Shown piece after piece: positions 48,687-58,218 of a stretch of 64,000 bases of DNA. The translations under genes were made by a program, and so were the position numbers. The stretch covers positions 1-64,000 of the forward strand of contig JAEOTQ010000177.1 in assembly GCA_016839785.1 (NCBI GenBank), in the 5' to 3' direction. This DNA is from Candidatus Hodarchaeota archaeon (GTDB lineage: Archaea; Asgardarchaeota; Heimdallarchaeia; Hodarchaeales; Hodarchaeaceae). Below the pieces are notes generated by a model. That model worked only from the letters and a program-made list of their open reading frames with translations, had not been told where the DNA came from and made no database searches. Every line of letters starts with the position of its first letter. Position 1 is the stretch's first letter.

Positions 48687-49295
48687 ATGAGAAATAATGA
48701 TCAATTTGAGTATATTAAGAAGTATAGACCAACAAAATCAGTTTTAAAAGAGAATATTTCGACTGGAGAAGAACTACTTCTCGAAAAACTTGTTCCAGAA
48801 ATAAGATCTGTTTCAAAGGAAATTAGATCCTACCAATGGGTTTTACGTAAATGGTGGAGGAAAATGTTTGGAAATAATAAAGGCCTTATCTTTTTATTCG
48901 AGGAAAGCACGGGAACGGGCAAAACTCTCTCAGCCAGTATTTTAAATGAGGAATTAAAAATTGATCTTTATCGAATTGATTTAGCATCAATCACAAATAA
49001 ATATATTGGAGAAACGGAAAAAAATTTAAACCAATTTCTTGCAAAAGCTGAATCTGAAGATGTGGTTCTATTTTTTGATGAGGCTGACTCATTATTTGGA
49101 AAAAGGACGGACATAACTGATGCACATGATAGAATTAGTAATCAAAAGACAAATTTTCTATTAGAACAGATAAAAAGGTATAAAGGAGTCGTTATTCTGG
49201 CAACAAATTCCAAACACCGATTAGATACCGCTTTTTCTCGTCGTATTCGTCGTGTCATAAATTTTTCAATATTGAAAGATGATGAAGAAGAATAG
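48687..49295 (+). CDS. Stand-alone, possibly truncated AAA+ ATPase domain (Afp15/Pvc15-like)
   Basis: STGTGKT, DLYRIDLASITNKYIGETEKNL, LFFDEADSLFGKRT..DAHDR, ILATN..LD.AFSRR. Confidence 0.8.
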   Translation: MRNNDQFEYIKKYRPTKSVLKENISTGEELLLEKLVPEIRSVSKEIRSYQWVLRKWWRKMFGNNKGLIFLFEESTGTGKTLSASILNEELKIDLYRIDLASITNKYIGETEKNLNQFLAKAESEDVVLFFDEADSLFGKRTDITDAHDRISNQKTNFLLEQIKRYKGVVILATNSKHRLDTAFSRRIRRVINFSILKDDEEE

Positions 49296-49356
49296 AATTA
49301 AAAACTGGGTTAGTAATACTTTCCACTTAAACTAAAGAGATTTCAGTGACGATCGA

Positions 49357-50679
49357 ATGAATATCGTGGATTTAATCAGACAATGGACATCAAATTCAAA
49401 AGATCTCAATCTCAACAAGATTTACACAGAATATGGCATTGCTTCTCATCATTATCTCACAGAAATCATTCGGTATTGGAATCACCTTCACTTCATTGTC
49501 AAAAAAACACTTAGATCTTTACCGAAAGACAGTATGAGGGATAAAATAAACATAGAGACTTGTCTTTACCTGTCCTATCGGTATTTTTGGGAGGCAGCAC
49601 AATTTTCGGATGTTCTCAAAGAACTCACCATCGATGAAACGCTTCCAGAGAGAAGTTATTTGCAGACTTTCTATGATAAGCTATCTTCATTCAAGTGGGA
49701 AATAGCTCTTCAGAATAAATCGACAACTGAAAAACTAAGTATCAAATATGCTATCCCTTCCTTTATAATTAACACTTTATTACCTATCATGGATTATACG
49801 AATATTACGAAGAATATCAAGGCTATGGATGAAGGAGCGAGAAATGGAATTTTCTATCTTCGAGTTCAAAATTCTAATGACTCCATCACTCCCTTCACAT
49901 ACGATTTTTCATCCATAATTGAGGAATTCGCTAGAATTGGTGTGAAAACAAAACCTGACAACGATTTCCCATCTATTCTACAGGTTAGTGTTAAGGATAA
50001 GGTAAAAATTCTTAAGAGTAAATATTATAAAGAAAAAAAGGTCGTTTTTCAGGATAAAGCATCGTGTGCGGCAGTCTTATTACTCGATCCTCAACCTGAC
50101 GATAAGATTTGCGATTTATGTGCTGCACCTGGAATAAAGACGAGTTTAATCGCTCATCAAACAAATAATAAAGCATTTATTGTAGCTGGGGATTTTCACC
50201 ACACTCGAGCTTCTGAAATGGTTTCAGTTCTCAAGTCGTATAGGGTATCGAACGTACATTCACTACAGTGGGATGGAATACAGCCTCCACTTCAAGATAA
50301 TTCATTTGATAAGATTCTCCTTGACGCACCTTGTACTGGTAGTGGAACCTTTACTTCTAATCCAGTCCTAAAATGGAGACAAAACACCCGATTTTTAAGA
50401 AGACATATTTTTCTTCAAGAAAAACTCTTGAAAAGTGCTCTCACTCTTCTAAAAAAAGGAGGAACCCTTGTTTATTCAACATGTAGTCTGTATCCCGAAG
50501 AAGGCGAGTATCAAATAGCGAAGATTTCAAACGATCAGATTGAGTTTGTAAAGGTACCCTCTTGGTTACCTCCTACCTATACAGTTAATGGTTCGGGAAT
50601 AAATGGAAGTGGCAGATTTAATCCCGCAGATCATCAAACCATTGGATTTTTCGTCTCCAAAATGATAAAAAAACAATAA
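49357..50679 (+). CDS. RsmB/NOP2/NSUN RNA m5C methyltransferase
   Basis: QDKAS, DLCAAPGIKT, LLDAPCTGSG, VYSTCS..PEEGE, GFF. Confidence 0.92.
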   Translation: MNIVDLIRQWTSNSKDLNLNKIYTEYGIASHHYLTEIIRYWNHLHFIVKKTLRSLPKDSMRDKINIETCLYLSYRYFWEAAQFSDVLKELTIDETLPERSYLQTFYDKLSSFKWEIALQNKSTTEKLSIKYAIPSFIINTLLPIMDYTNITKNIKAMDEGARNGIFYLRVQNSNDSITPFTYDFSSIIEEFARIGVKTKPDNDFPSILQVSVKDKVKILKSKYYKEKKVVFQDKASCAAVLLLDPQPDDKICDLCAAPGIKTSLIAHQTNNKAFIVAGDFHHTRASEMVSVLKSYRVSNVHSLQWDGIQPPLQDNSFDKILLDAPCTGSGTFTSNPVLKWRQNTRFLRRHIFLQEKLLKSALTLLKKGGTLVYSTCSLYPEEGEYQIAKISNDQIEFVKVPSWLPPTYTVNGSGINGSGRFNPADHQTIGFFVSKMIKKQ

Positions 50680-50833
50680 GCTAAAAATTTAAAACCAATT
50701 TCAACGAATTAATTCGAAGATTACATCTTAGTCCTTGGATATATGTTCTTATCCTAAACCCCACCAAATTTGATATTGTATCAATTTTCAAAAAGGAATT
50801 CCCATCAGAATAAACAAGAAATTTCTGTTGACT

Positions 50834-50859
50834 AAAAAAAAAAGGAGAAATGGGGAGAG
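50834..50859 (-). terminator. Oligo-T terminator
   Basis: Minus strand reads ctctccccatttctcctttttttttt just after the stop at 50875. Confidence 0.5.
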
Positions 50860-50874
50860 TCGCGTGAAAAAGCT

Positions 50875-51756
50875 TTACTCGGAGATAGGAGCATAAAGAT
50901 CTAAGATAAATGTATCAGGATCTGTGTTATGGGGATTAACGTGATGCTCTAACCATTGATGAGTTTTTACTAATGTGTACTTAGACTCTGAAACTCTTTC
51001 AACGAGTTTACCCCATGTAGGACCGATACTTTCCACACCTTGGCAACTCATAACCGCGTATAAACCTCCATCAAAGGTTTTTACAGTCATTCCAGATTCT
51101 ACATCAAAATCGTCAGGGATAGTCACCCAAAATTCATACCCATACAGAGGTTGCTCCTTTGTAGGATTAGGGTTATTAAACCCGTAGACCTGATGGATAT
51201 CAGGTTGGTCAAACATTCCTTTAGGTTTAGCCCACTTTTCTAGCATACTCTCGGCTTCTCCTTCTGGGGAGTTACTCTCCTTTACGTGAAAGGAAACAAC
51301 TCTTAGTTTAGAGAGTTGAACTATTTTTAATATTTCTTTTTCTTTACCCATTGTCGGCACTTCTTGACTGATATAGGGATTTGTTTTCCCTATCAGTTGT
51401 AAAAGTCGCTCCAGTCGTTGTTGTTCTCTAAGCTTCGATTCAAGATAACTGTGAGCTATCTTTTCAAGTAAATCGTCACCATCAACTGTTATTTGATAAA
51501 CACCTTTTTCTTTTTTCTCGATCAGCGATTTATCACTTAATACACTTAAATGATGAGCTAGGGCGCTTTTCTGCAGTTCAGTTTTTTCTTGCAAATCCCT
51601 AAATGTGATGTGTGCTCCTCCTAGCATCGCTATCAACATTTCCAATCGTTTTGGATGAGCTAAAGTATTCATCAGATCCATAATTCCTTCAAGAGAATGT
51701 GTCATAAACTCACGAAGGTTTGTTTTAGAGTTAAACGGTGACTGTGAGGCGACCAT
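50875..51756 (-). CDS. ArsR-type wHTH fused to a GyrI-like effector-binding domain
   Basis: LAHPKRLEML...ALAHHLSVL; YGFNNP...YGYEFWVTIP...GGLYAV...LDLYAPI. Confidence 0.88.
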   Translation of the reverse strand: MVASQSPFNSKTNLREFMTHSLEGIMDLMNTLAHPKRLEMLIAMLGGAHITFRDLQEKTELQKSALAHHLSVLSDKSLIEKKEKGVYQITVDGDDLLEKIAHSYLESKLREQQRLERLLQLIGKTNPYISQEVPTMGKEKEILKIVQLSKLRVVSFHVKESNSPEGEAESMLEKWAKPKGMFDQPDIHQVYGFNNPNPTKEQPLYGYEFWVTIPDDFDVESGMTVKTFDGGLYAVMSCQGVESIGPTWGKLVERVSESKYTLVKTHQWLEHHVNPHNTDPDTFILDLYAPISE

Positions 51757-51953
51757 GGGGGTTTACTTTCCTATATTTTTAATCTGTTGTTCCTTGAATA
51801 TAAGTATTTTTGGATTTAGGCTGAAATAAAACTCCTTAAGGCTAATGTTTGGTGGAGGTTACGAACTTACGGAAGTACTGAATATGAATGGAAATAATAA
51901 TATTTCAATCTTATGCACAAAATCACCGACGCACAAGGAGAGACCTACCTGAA

Positions 51954-52385
51954 ATGTCCCGTGTAGAACATGCAGTAAGTTTATTCAAAGAAAAAGATAA
52001 CTGCTCCCAAGCTGTACTAGCTACTTCCGCAAATCAATATGGAATACAAGAGAAAACAGCTCTTAAGATAGCAGAAGTTTTTAGTGGAGGAATTGTCCGT
52101 AAGGGGAATATTTGTGGGGCATTGAATGGCGCCTTAATGGTTATTGGTCTTCATTATGGAAAAGATAAAGATTCAGATTCAACGCCAAGAAAATCCGTTT
52201 ATGATGTGGCAGATGAGCTGCTAGAAAAGTTCAAGAGCCAACATGGAACAGCAAATTGTAGAGAGTTAATCCTCTTTGATTTAACCACTCCTGAAAATAG
52301 AAAGCTTGCTCAAGAGATGAAAGTTTTTCGAAATTGTCCCAAATATGTTGGAAGTGCAGTCGAACTTCTGGAAGATCTTCTGTAA
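51954..52385 (+). CDS. C_GCAxxG_C_C family redox protein
   Basis: NCSQAV, GNICGALNGA, GTANCREL, NCPKYV. ATG at 51954. Confidence 0.88.
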   Translation: MSRVEHAVSLFKEKDNCSQAVLATSANQYGIQEKTALKIAEVFSGGIVRKGNICGALNGALMVIGLHYGKDKDSDSTPRKSVYDVADELLEKFKSQHGTANCRELILFDLTTPENRKLAQEMKVFRNCPKYVGSAVELLEDLL

Positions 52386-52405
52386 GAATCTTCTCTTTTA
52401 CGGGA

Positions 52406-52996
52406 CTATATTTTCCGAGAAAGTAGTAGCCCTTTTCCAACAGGTAAAATAAGAGTGTCTACCCGACTATCGGCAAAAACTCTCTCTATAAACGGTTGTA
52501 GTTCATCTTCATGACTTATTACATTATCTGCGATGAAGAATCCTCCCTTCACAAGCTTTGGAACGATCAAATCGTAGCAATCATCATAATACTCCTTTTC
52601 AGCATCTAAAAAGCAAAAAGAAATATCAAAAGCATCCTTTAAATGATCTCTTGCATCTCCGTGTATCAGTTTTACATATGAATCCACTCTAGCCTGATTA
52701 AAAGTAGTTTCAGCTAGCTTAATCTTTTCAGGAAGGATTTCAAAGGTTCTTACTATTTTTTCTAAATAGCGACATGCAAGGATCAGCCATAAAGTAGAAT
52801 ATCCTGCACTCGTTCCAATCTCGATAATCTCTCCTTCAGGAGCAGATGCTGCTAATAGTGAAAGTAACTTTCCTGATTCAGATGGAATTTGACGTAATCG
52901 CTGCAACCTCGGAGTACCGTCCTGTCGATCTTTCGCATCTGCTTTTTCTAATTGTTCCATTCGCTCTTTAATCAAAATAGGTATTTGATGTAACAT
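52406..52996 (-). CDS. Class I SAM-dependent O-methyltransferase
   Basis: IEIGTSAGYSTLWL, GDA, FLDAEK, GG..IADN. Confidence 0.9.
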   Translation of the reverse strand: MLHQIPILIKERMEQLEKADAKDRQDGTPRLQRLRQIPSESGKLLSLLAASAPEGEIIEIGTSAGYSTLWLILACRYLEKIVRTFEILPEKIKLAETTFNQARVDSYVKLIHGDARDHLKDAFDISFCFLDAEKEYYDDCYDLIVPKLVKGGFFIADNVISHEDELQPFIERVFADSRVDTLILPVGKGLLLSRKI

Positions 52997-53034
52997 CCTT
53001 TCATCACAACCAATAAATTCACAACATAGGAATA

Positions 53035-54150
53035 TCAGTAGAGTAAATGCTTGTTTCCTATATGGACATTATCTAAATACTTTTGTGCGATCTCATAACA
53101 CCTATTTGCTTGTTTTCGTGGAGTAACAGGTAAATCGGATAAGAAGGAATCAGGGTGGAATAGTAATAGAGAATAAGGAATAGATCTATCTAATGAGGAG
53201 AGAAAACGTGCTATTCCTTCAACCTCATCTACGTCCACATATCCAGGTACTAATAATGTAGTCGCACTCAGGAGCGGATAATCTGGTCTAGAGGCATAAA
53301 ATTTATCGTAACACACTTTGAAATTGTGATATGATTGCTGATTAGACACACCACTCAGAACTTCAAACAAGGGCGGAGATGCGTATTTGAGATCAAATTT
53401 GGCATTTCCTCCTGATTTTGCAGAAAGCTTTACAGCATTAACTATTAATTTCTCATTTCCTGATCCATTCCATTCCCAACAAATACGTAATATTGATCTT
53501 GAAGCATCAAGACCACTTAACGCCTTTCTAGCAGCTCTAATAGCAAACGGTAATTGAGGTTCCGGAGAACCACCAAAAAAACATACACACGATATTCTTG
53601 AGTTTGAATTTACTCGTTTCACGAATTTTTCAACAGAATAATGTTCTGCAGTATCAATATTTCTATGTTGATCATTTTGACATCCGAAACAAGAGAAATT
53701 ACACCCATATAAGAAACAGGCAAGATTATAGTACCCAAACTCTGGACCATCTGCATAAGTATAATGAGAGATATGACCATTAGTTCCAGCAGGGCAAAAA
53801 TAGGTATTACAACAATTTGTAGGAAGAGGATCAAGGTACGTATGTAGAAATCCTCCCTTTCCAGCCCGATTTTGAATTGACCCATCATGATTCGATCTAA
53901 TTCCGCAATAACCTAAGTTTCCCTCAGAAATCCTACATTGGTTTGAACATATGTGACATTCCACATCAGACGTATCAGGTACTGATTTGGGCAATTTCCA
54001 GACGTTTCGTGCAACCATATGAGAGTCCTTGGATAATTCAATAGAGTATTCAGGATACTTTCGAATACATTCTGGACAAATGCCAATAAACCCTGCAAAG
54101 ATCTCTGATCGTTTGTTACATATTTGACATGTAGAATGCATAGTTTTCAA
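53035..54150 (-). CDS. Radical SAM protein (PFL-activase/AmmeMemoRadiSam-like) with N-terminal Cys clusters
   Basis: GCNFSCFGCQN, CHICSNQC...GYCG, GGSPEP, FDLK, LLVPGY, FHP. Confidence 0.88.
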   Translation of the reverse strand: MKTMHSTCQICNKRSEIFAGFIGICPECIRKYPEYSIELSKDSHMVARNVWKLPKSVPDTSDVECHICSNQCRISEGNLGYCGIRSNHDGSIQNRAGKGGFLHTYLDPLPTNCCNTYFCPAGTNGHISHYTYADGPEFGYYNLACFLYGCNFSCFGCQNDQHRNIDTAEHYSVEKFVKRVNSNSRISCVCFFGGSPEPQLPFAIRAARKALSGLDASRSILRICWEWNGSGNEKLIVNAVKLSAKSGGNAKFDLKYASPPLFEVLSGVSNQQSYHNFKVCYDKFYASRPDYPLLSATTLLVPGYVDVDEVEGIARFLSSLDRSIPYSLLLFHPDSFLSDLPVTPRKQANRCYEIAQKYLDNVHIGNKHLLY

Positions 54151-54288
54151 TGTAAAATCCTTTCAGCAGTACTTCCTGTAGACTTCACTTACCTAAAAGA
54201 AGACAAATATAAAATTCATCTATATTTTTGAGATTAATATGCTTTATTAGCTTTTAGAATAGAAAAAGAAGATACGGGAGAATAAATT

Positions 54289-54744
54289 GTGGTTTACAAA
54301 TTTTTAATTGAAGCAATCCATCGTCATTTAGAAGAAACTGAACTTATTCTGAATCAACTTACCGATGAAGTGGTTCTGAAAGAACCAGTCAGAACTGGTC
54401 GTCCATTGGGTGAAATTGTAATACATATTATCCGTTCTTTGGAATATTATTCCCAAGGACTTGCGAAAAATATTTGGGAACCTTTAAACTATACTTTAGA
54501 TAAATATCCTGATGCAAAGAGCATATCATCCTTATACAAGGATGTTGTAACCAGAACTAAATCTCATCTTGAATCAATCTCACCCCAGACATTAGACGAG
54601 GTGTATTCAGAAGGGAATCGCACAGCTACCAGAGCTGAATTGCTTCTAGAGTTATTAGAACACAGTGTTCAGCACCGGGGCCAATTATTGGTATATTATA
54701 GATTATTGGGATTAATTCCAAAAGAAATTCCATATATAATCTAA
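54289..54744 (+). CDS. DinB-family protein
   Basis: IH...EHSVQHRGQLLVYYRLLG. Confidence 0.88.
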   Translation: MVYKFLIEAIHRHLEETELILNQLTDEVVLKEPVRTGRPLGEIVIHIIRSLEYYSQGLAKNIWEPLNYTLDKYPDAKSISSLYKDVVTRTKSHLESISPQTLDEVYSEGNRTATRAELLLELLEHSVQHRGQLLVYYRLLGLIPKEIPYII

Positions 54745-54782
54745 TACGGGTACTTTAGACCTTTTGAGATGTGATATAGCTA

Positions 54783-55598
54783 GTGTACAAGTATCAAATG
54801 ACGGTCGCTCGCAAAGATGTACGAACCTGCTTAACTATATGGAAGAATATATTGTTAGAAGAATTTCCAGAAAAAATCGAGGTAATCTATTCGAAAGGTT
54901 CTGCATGTAAACCATGGACATCTGCTATTGACTATGTACCTATCATAAGTGATGTTGATATCCACGTTCGTTTTACAAATTCAAACCAAAAGGGCCCCCT
55001 TAACCATCTCTCACTGGATAAAGCATTAGATATTTCACAGCAATATGAAAACCTTTTCCTAAACAAAAGAAAGGAATCATTGCATCTACCACGAACTCAG
55101 ATTGTGTCAGTAAATAAACTCATAGAAGACTCTTCCTTTATATTTCCCAGATCAGAAGACATATTACTGCTATATGGGTGGTATGACTCTCAAAACCTAG
55201 TCGTAGATGACACCATACGCGCTCTGGATAAAGAAAACGTTTTGACAGATTTTAAATATTTAGAAAATGTACCTGGATCAGTTTTTGATCGCACAGGTCT
55301 CGATTATTGGTCTCTTTTTCGTAGAATTAATTGGCGTATTTCTCCAGCCCCTGTTAGATTATTAACGCAAATGCTACCTATTTCACCCTATGAAATTTGG
55401 ACTTGGAACAGAAGCAAAATTGTGAGAGAATTGATTAAGCAGGATTTAACATCCTTAGCGAAGTCCTATCAGGACTACTATCTTACAGGATGGAAGTTAT
55501 TTCTAGCAGACTTTTCTGAAACGAAATATTATCGCGAACTCCTCAACCATGGATATTCAGTACTATCGAAAATTTCTCTTATTCTGAAAAATTTGTGA
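54783..55598 (+). CDS. Hypothetical protein with a Pol-beta nucleotidyltransferase-like motif
   Basis: IYSKGSA...DYVPIISDVDIHV (GS...DxD). Confidence 0.55.
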   Translation: MYKYQMTVARKDVRTCLTIWKNILLEEFPEKIEVIYSKGSACKPWTSAIDYVPIISDVDIHVRFTNSNQKGPLNHLSLDKALDISQQYENLFLNKRKESLHLPRTQIVSVNKLIEDSSFIFPRSEDILLLYGWYDSQNLVVDDTIRALDKENVLTDFKYLENVPGSVFDRTGLDYWSLFRRINWRISPAPVRLLTQMLPISPYEIWTWNRSKIVRELIKQDLTSLAKSYQDYYLTGWKLFLADFSETKYYRELLNHGYSVLSKISLILKNL

Positions 55599-55834
55599 AT
55601 TGTTAATCAAGTACAAGAAATGACATTAAGGTTGATCTATATAAGTAGTACTTACGATATCCATTCTATTTAAGTTATTAAGACTCGATTCTGATAAGAG
55701 TACTTGATTAGAAAAATCGATATGTAAAACTAAAGTATTCGCAAAAAAGTCAATACTCGAATATTTTCTCTGGTAACTTTTTTTATATCCGACAATAAGT
55801 GTATTGATAACTAGTCTCTCGATTGTGAAAAATT

Positions 55835-56473
55835 ATGAGTATCTTTGAGGTAAAAGACGATTTGTATAAGATCTGTCTTGTCGGAGATGGAGGAGTCGGT
55901 AAAACGGCTATTGTTGAAAGGTTTTTAGGAAAAGGTTTCGCTTCTACTTATAATTTGACCATTGGAACCAATATATGTACTCATACCGTGGATGTGGATG
56001 GTACAAAAGTCAAATTTCAAATTTGGGATTTAGCAGGACAACAACGGTTCGAATTCGTCCGTTCCATGTTTTATCGGGGATCTCATGCTATTGTTATGGT
56101 TTTTGATGTGACCAATCCAAATTCCCTTTCGAATTTACATGAATGGAAAAATGAAATTCTACAAAATCTGGACCATAGACACCATGCCATCCCCATTGTG
56201 CTATTAGGTAATAAAAGTGATCTGCAACAAAAATTACTTATCGATCAGGACGCAATATCGAACTTCAAAGATGAATTACAGATGGAGTTCCACGCAGATT
56301 CAACCGCCTTTATGTACACAAGTGCTCGCTCAGGAATGAATATCGAGGAGTCATTTGAAGTACTAGGTCTATTGCTTTTAAAGAAGAAGAATCCACAATC
56401 CTATATTGATAAAACTTCAGGGAAATTTAAAATTCCAACGAATCTTCATTCCATTGGACCCTCGAATGCATAA
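55835..56473 (+). CDS. Rab-like small GTPase
   Basis: G1 GDGGVGKT, G2 TIG, G3 WDLAGQ, RF..VRSMFYRG, G4 NKSD, G5 SAR. No C-terminal Cys prenylation motif. Confidence 0.95.
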   Translation: MSIFEVKDDLYKICLVGDGGVGKTAIVERFLGKGFASTYNLTIGTNICTHTVDVDGTKVKFQIWDLAGQQRFEFVRSMFYRGSHAIVMVFDVTNPNSLSNLHEWKNEILQNLDHRHHAIPIVLLGNKSDLQQKLLIDQDAISNFKDELQMEFHADSTAFMYTSARSGMNIEESFEVLGLLLLKKKNPQSYIDKTSGKFKIPTNLHSIGPSNA

Positions 56474-56477
56474 GCTA

Positions 56478-56497
56478 TTCCTTATTTCTTTTTTTTT
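56478..56497 (+). terminator. Oligo-T terminator
   Basis: ttccttatttcttttttttt after the GTPase stop. Confidence 0.5.
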
Positions 56498-56994
56498 CAA
56501 CTAATCCTAGTCATTTGATATTTTAGAAGAGATAACCAGCCCTTAAAAAATTCTTTTTCAGACTTGAAGCTACTTCTAATTTTGACACTTCTCTCTTCTA
56601 CTCTAAAAAGGGGGAGTTACATTCAGTAATCAATGTAGGTGACTCCTTCTGTCTGTTAATGAAAAACTTCAGTTAGTAAATCTAGCCAAAGATCTTTCAC
56701 TGTTCCTTCCTTATATACTAAATTTTGAAAAAAGCCTTCATCAAGAAACTTCTAAGTTCATACTTTCATCATTCATATCAGATGGTCCAGTGCAACCTGG
56801 AATTGATTAAAATTTGGACTGATACATAACTTTAATCATGGGATTCAGGTTTTACTGAATATAATTACTCAATCAATTTGTATTTAATGATTTAAAAGGA
56901 TATAAATGGTTGGATCATTAGATCACGAAACAATACAAATTCTTCTGAATCTCGAACCGAATAAAACAAATAATCGTCCGAATGAAGAAGATAT

Positions 56995-57621
56995 GTGAAG
57001 TTGAACAAAATGACACAAGCCCAAGTATTACTAGCCTATGCATCAAATTTCGGCTCTACCAGTGAGATTGCCTTTGAAATTGCTGACGTACTCCAACAAG
57101 AGAATTTAATTGTAGATCTCATTGATTTGAAGTCAGACATTGAGATATCATCATTAACAAGCTACTCTGGAGTGATTATAGGATCAGGAATTAGAATGGC
57201 ACACTGGGTTGAGGAGGTGCTACATTTTGTTCAATCCAATAGCAAAATTCTGAAAACAAAACCATTAGGGGTATTCATAAGTTCAGGAGAAGCATCAAAT
57301 CCTGATACCTATGAGAAAGCAAAAGAAAAATATCTTCTCACAATACTAGAAGAATTTCAACTAATGGGACCAAAAGTTATGTATGAAGCCTTTGGAGGTG
57401 TTTTTGACTTTTCTTCCTCCAGTAGCTATTCCTTTTTAGAGAAGAAAATACTCCAAAAAATCGCTGACTCCTCATCCAGTGGGTTCGTAGTGAATGATGG
57501 TAAACTAAACGATTTTAGAAATTGGCAACTAATACGAGAATGGGCCACTGCCTTTGCTGATTCGATTAATTCTTCTCAACTAAATGAGAAATCTCAAACA
57601 CAATCTGCCTCCCGTGTTTAG
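56995..57621 (+). CDS. Flavodoxin-domain protein (HemG-like)
   Basis: LAYASNFGSTSEIA, VIIGSGI, FGG, DFRNW..IREWA. Confidence 0.85.
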   Translation: MKLNKMTQAQVLLAYASNFGSTSEIAFEIADVLQQENLIVDLIDLKSDIEISSLTSYSGVIIGSGIRMAHWVEEVLHFVQSNSKILKTKPLGVFISSGEASNPDTYEKAKEKYLLTILEEFQLMGPKVMYEAFGGVFDFSSSSSYSFLEKKILQKIADSSSSGFVVNDGKLNDFRNWQLIREWATAFADSINSSQLNEKSQTQSASRV

Positions 57622-57694
57622 TTAAAAATCATTGGGTGGGTAATAAACAAGCACCCTCCCCACATATATGATTTTTTCCAATCTTTAAAAGAGA

Positions 57695-58180
57695 TTACAT
57701 CTTTTTCAACGAATGGTTCTCAATTAGCGAGCTTTTCTCCGAAATAACAACTTCTTCCATCACATCACTATTCTGAAGTTTATCAATTATTTCTGTGCCG
57801 TGAGTTACCTCACCAAAAAGAGTATGAACACCATCTAGATGAGGTTGTGGAGCTCTAACTAGAAAAAATTGCGATCCACCAGTATTAGGTCCCGCATGAG
57901 CCATTGATAAAGATCCACGCATATGTTTATGCTTTCCTTTGTTTTTTTCAGTTTCACAAGGAATATTATACCCAGGACCTCCTGTACCCGTCCCTTGTGG
58001 ACATCCTCCTTGGGATACAAATCCAGGGATATTTCGGTGGAAAGATAATCCGTTATAGAAACCATTTTCGGCAAGTGAGACGAAGTTCTTGACTGTATTG
58101 GTCACTTCATCATAAAATTCGATTTTAATTGATCCATACCTTGTTTTGATCGTAGCTTTCGTCATTTCAATCACATTCAC
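57695..58180 (-). CDS. Cyclophilin-type peptidyl-prolyl isomerase
   Basis: FYNGLSFHR.IPGFVSQGG, LSMAHAGPNTGGSQFF, HLDGVHT.FG. Confidence 0.95.
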   Translation of the reverse strand: MNVIEMTKATIKTRYGSIKIEFYDEVTNTVKNFVSLAENGFYNGLSFHRNIPGFVSQGGCPQGTGTGGPGYNIPCETEKNKGKHKHMRGSLSMAHAGPNTGGSQFFLVRAPQPHLDGVHTLFGEVTHGTEIIDKLQNSDVMEEVVISEKSSLIENHSLKKM

Positions 58181-58218
58181 TGTAAAAATATTCTGTTTCG
58201 CTTTAACTAAAGAATTTT

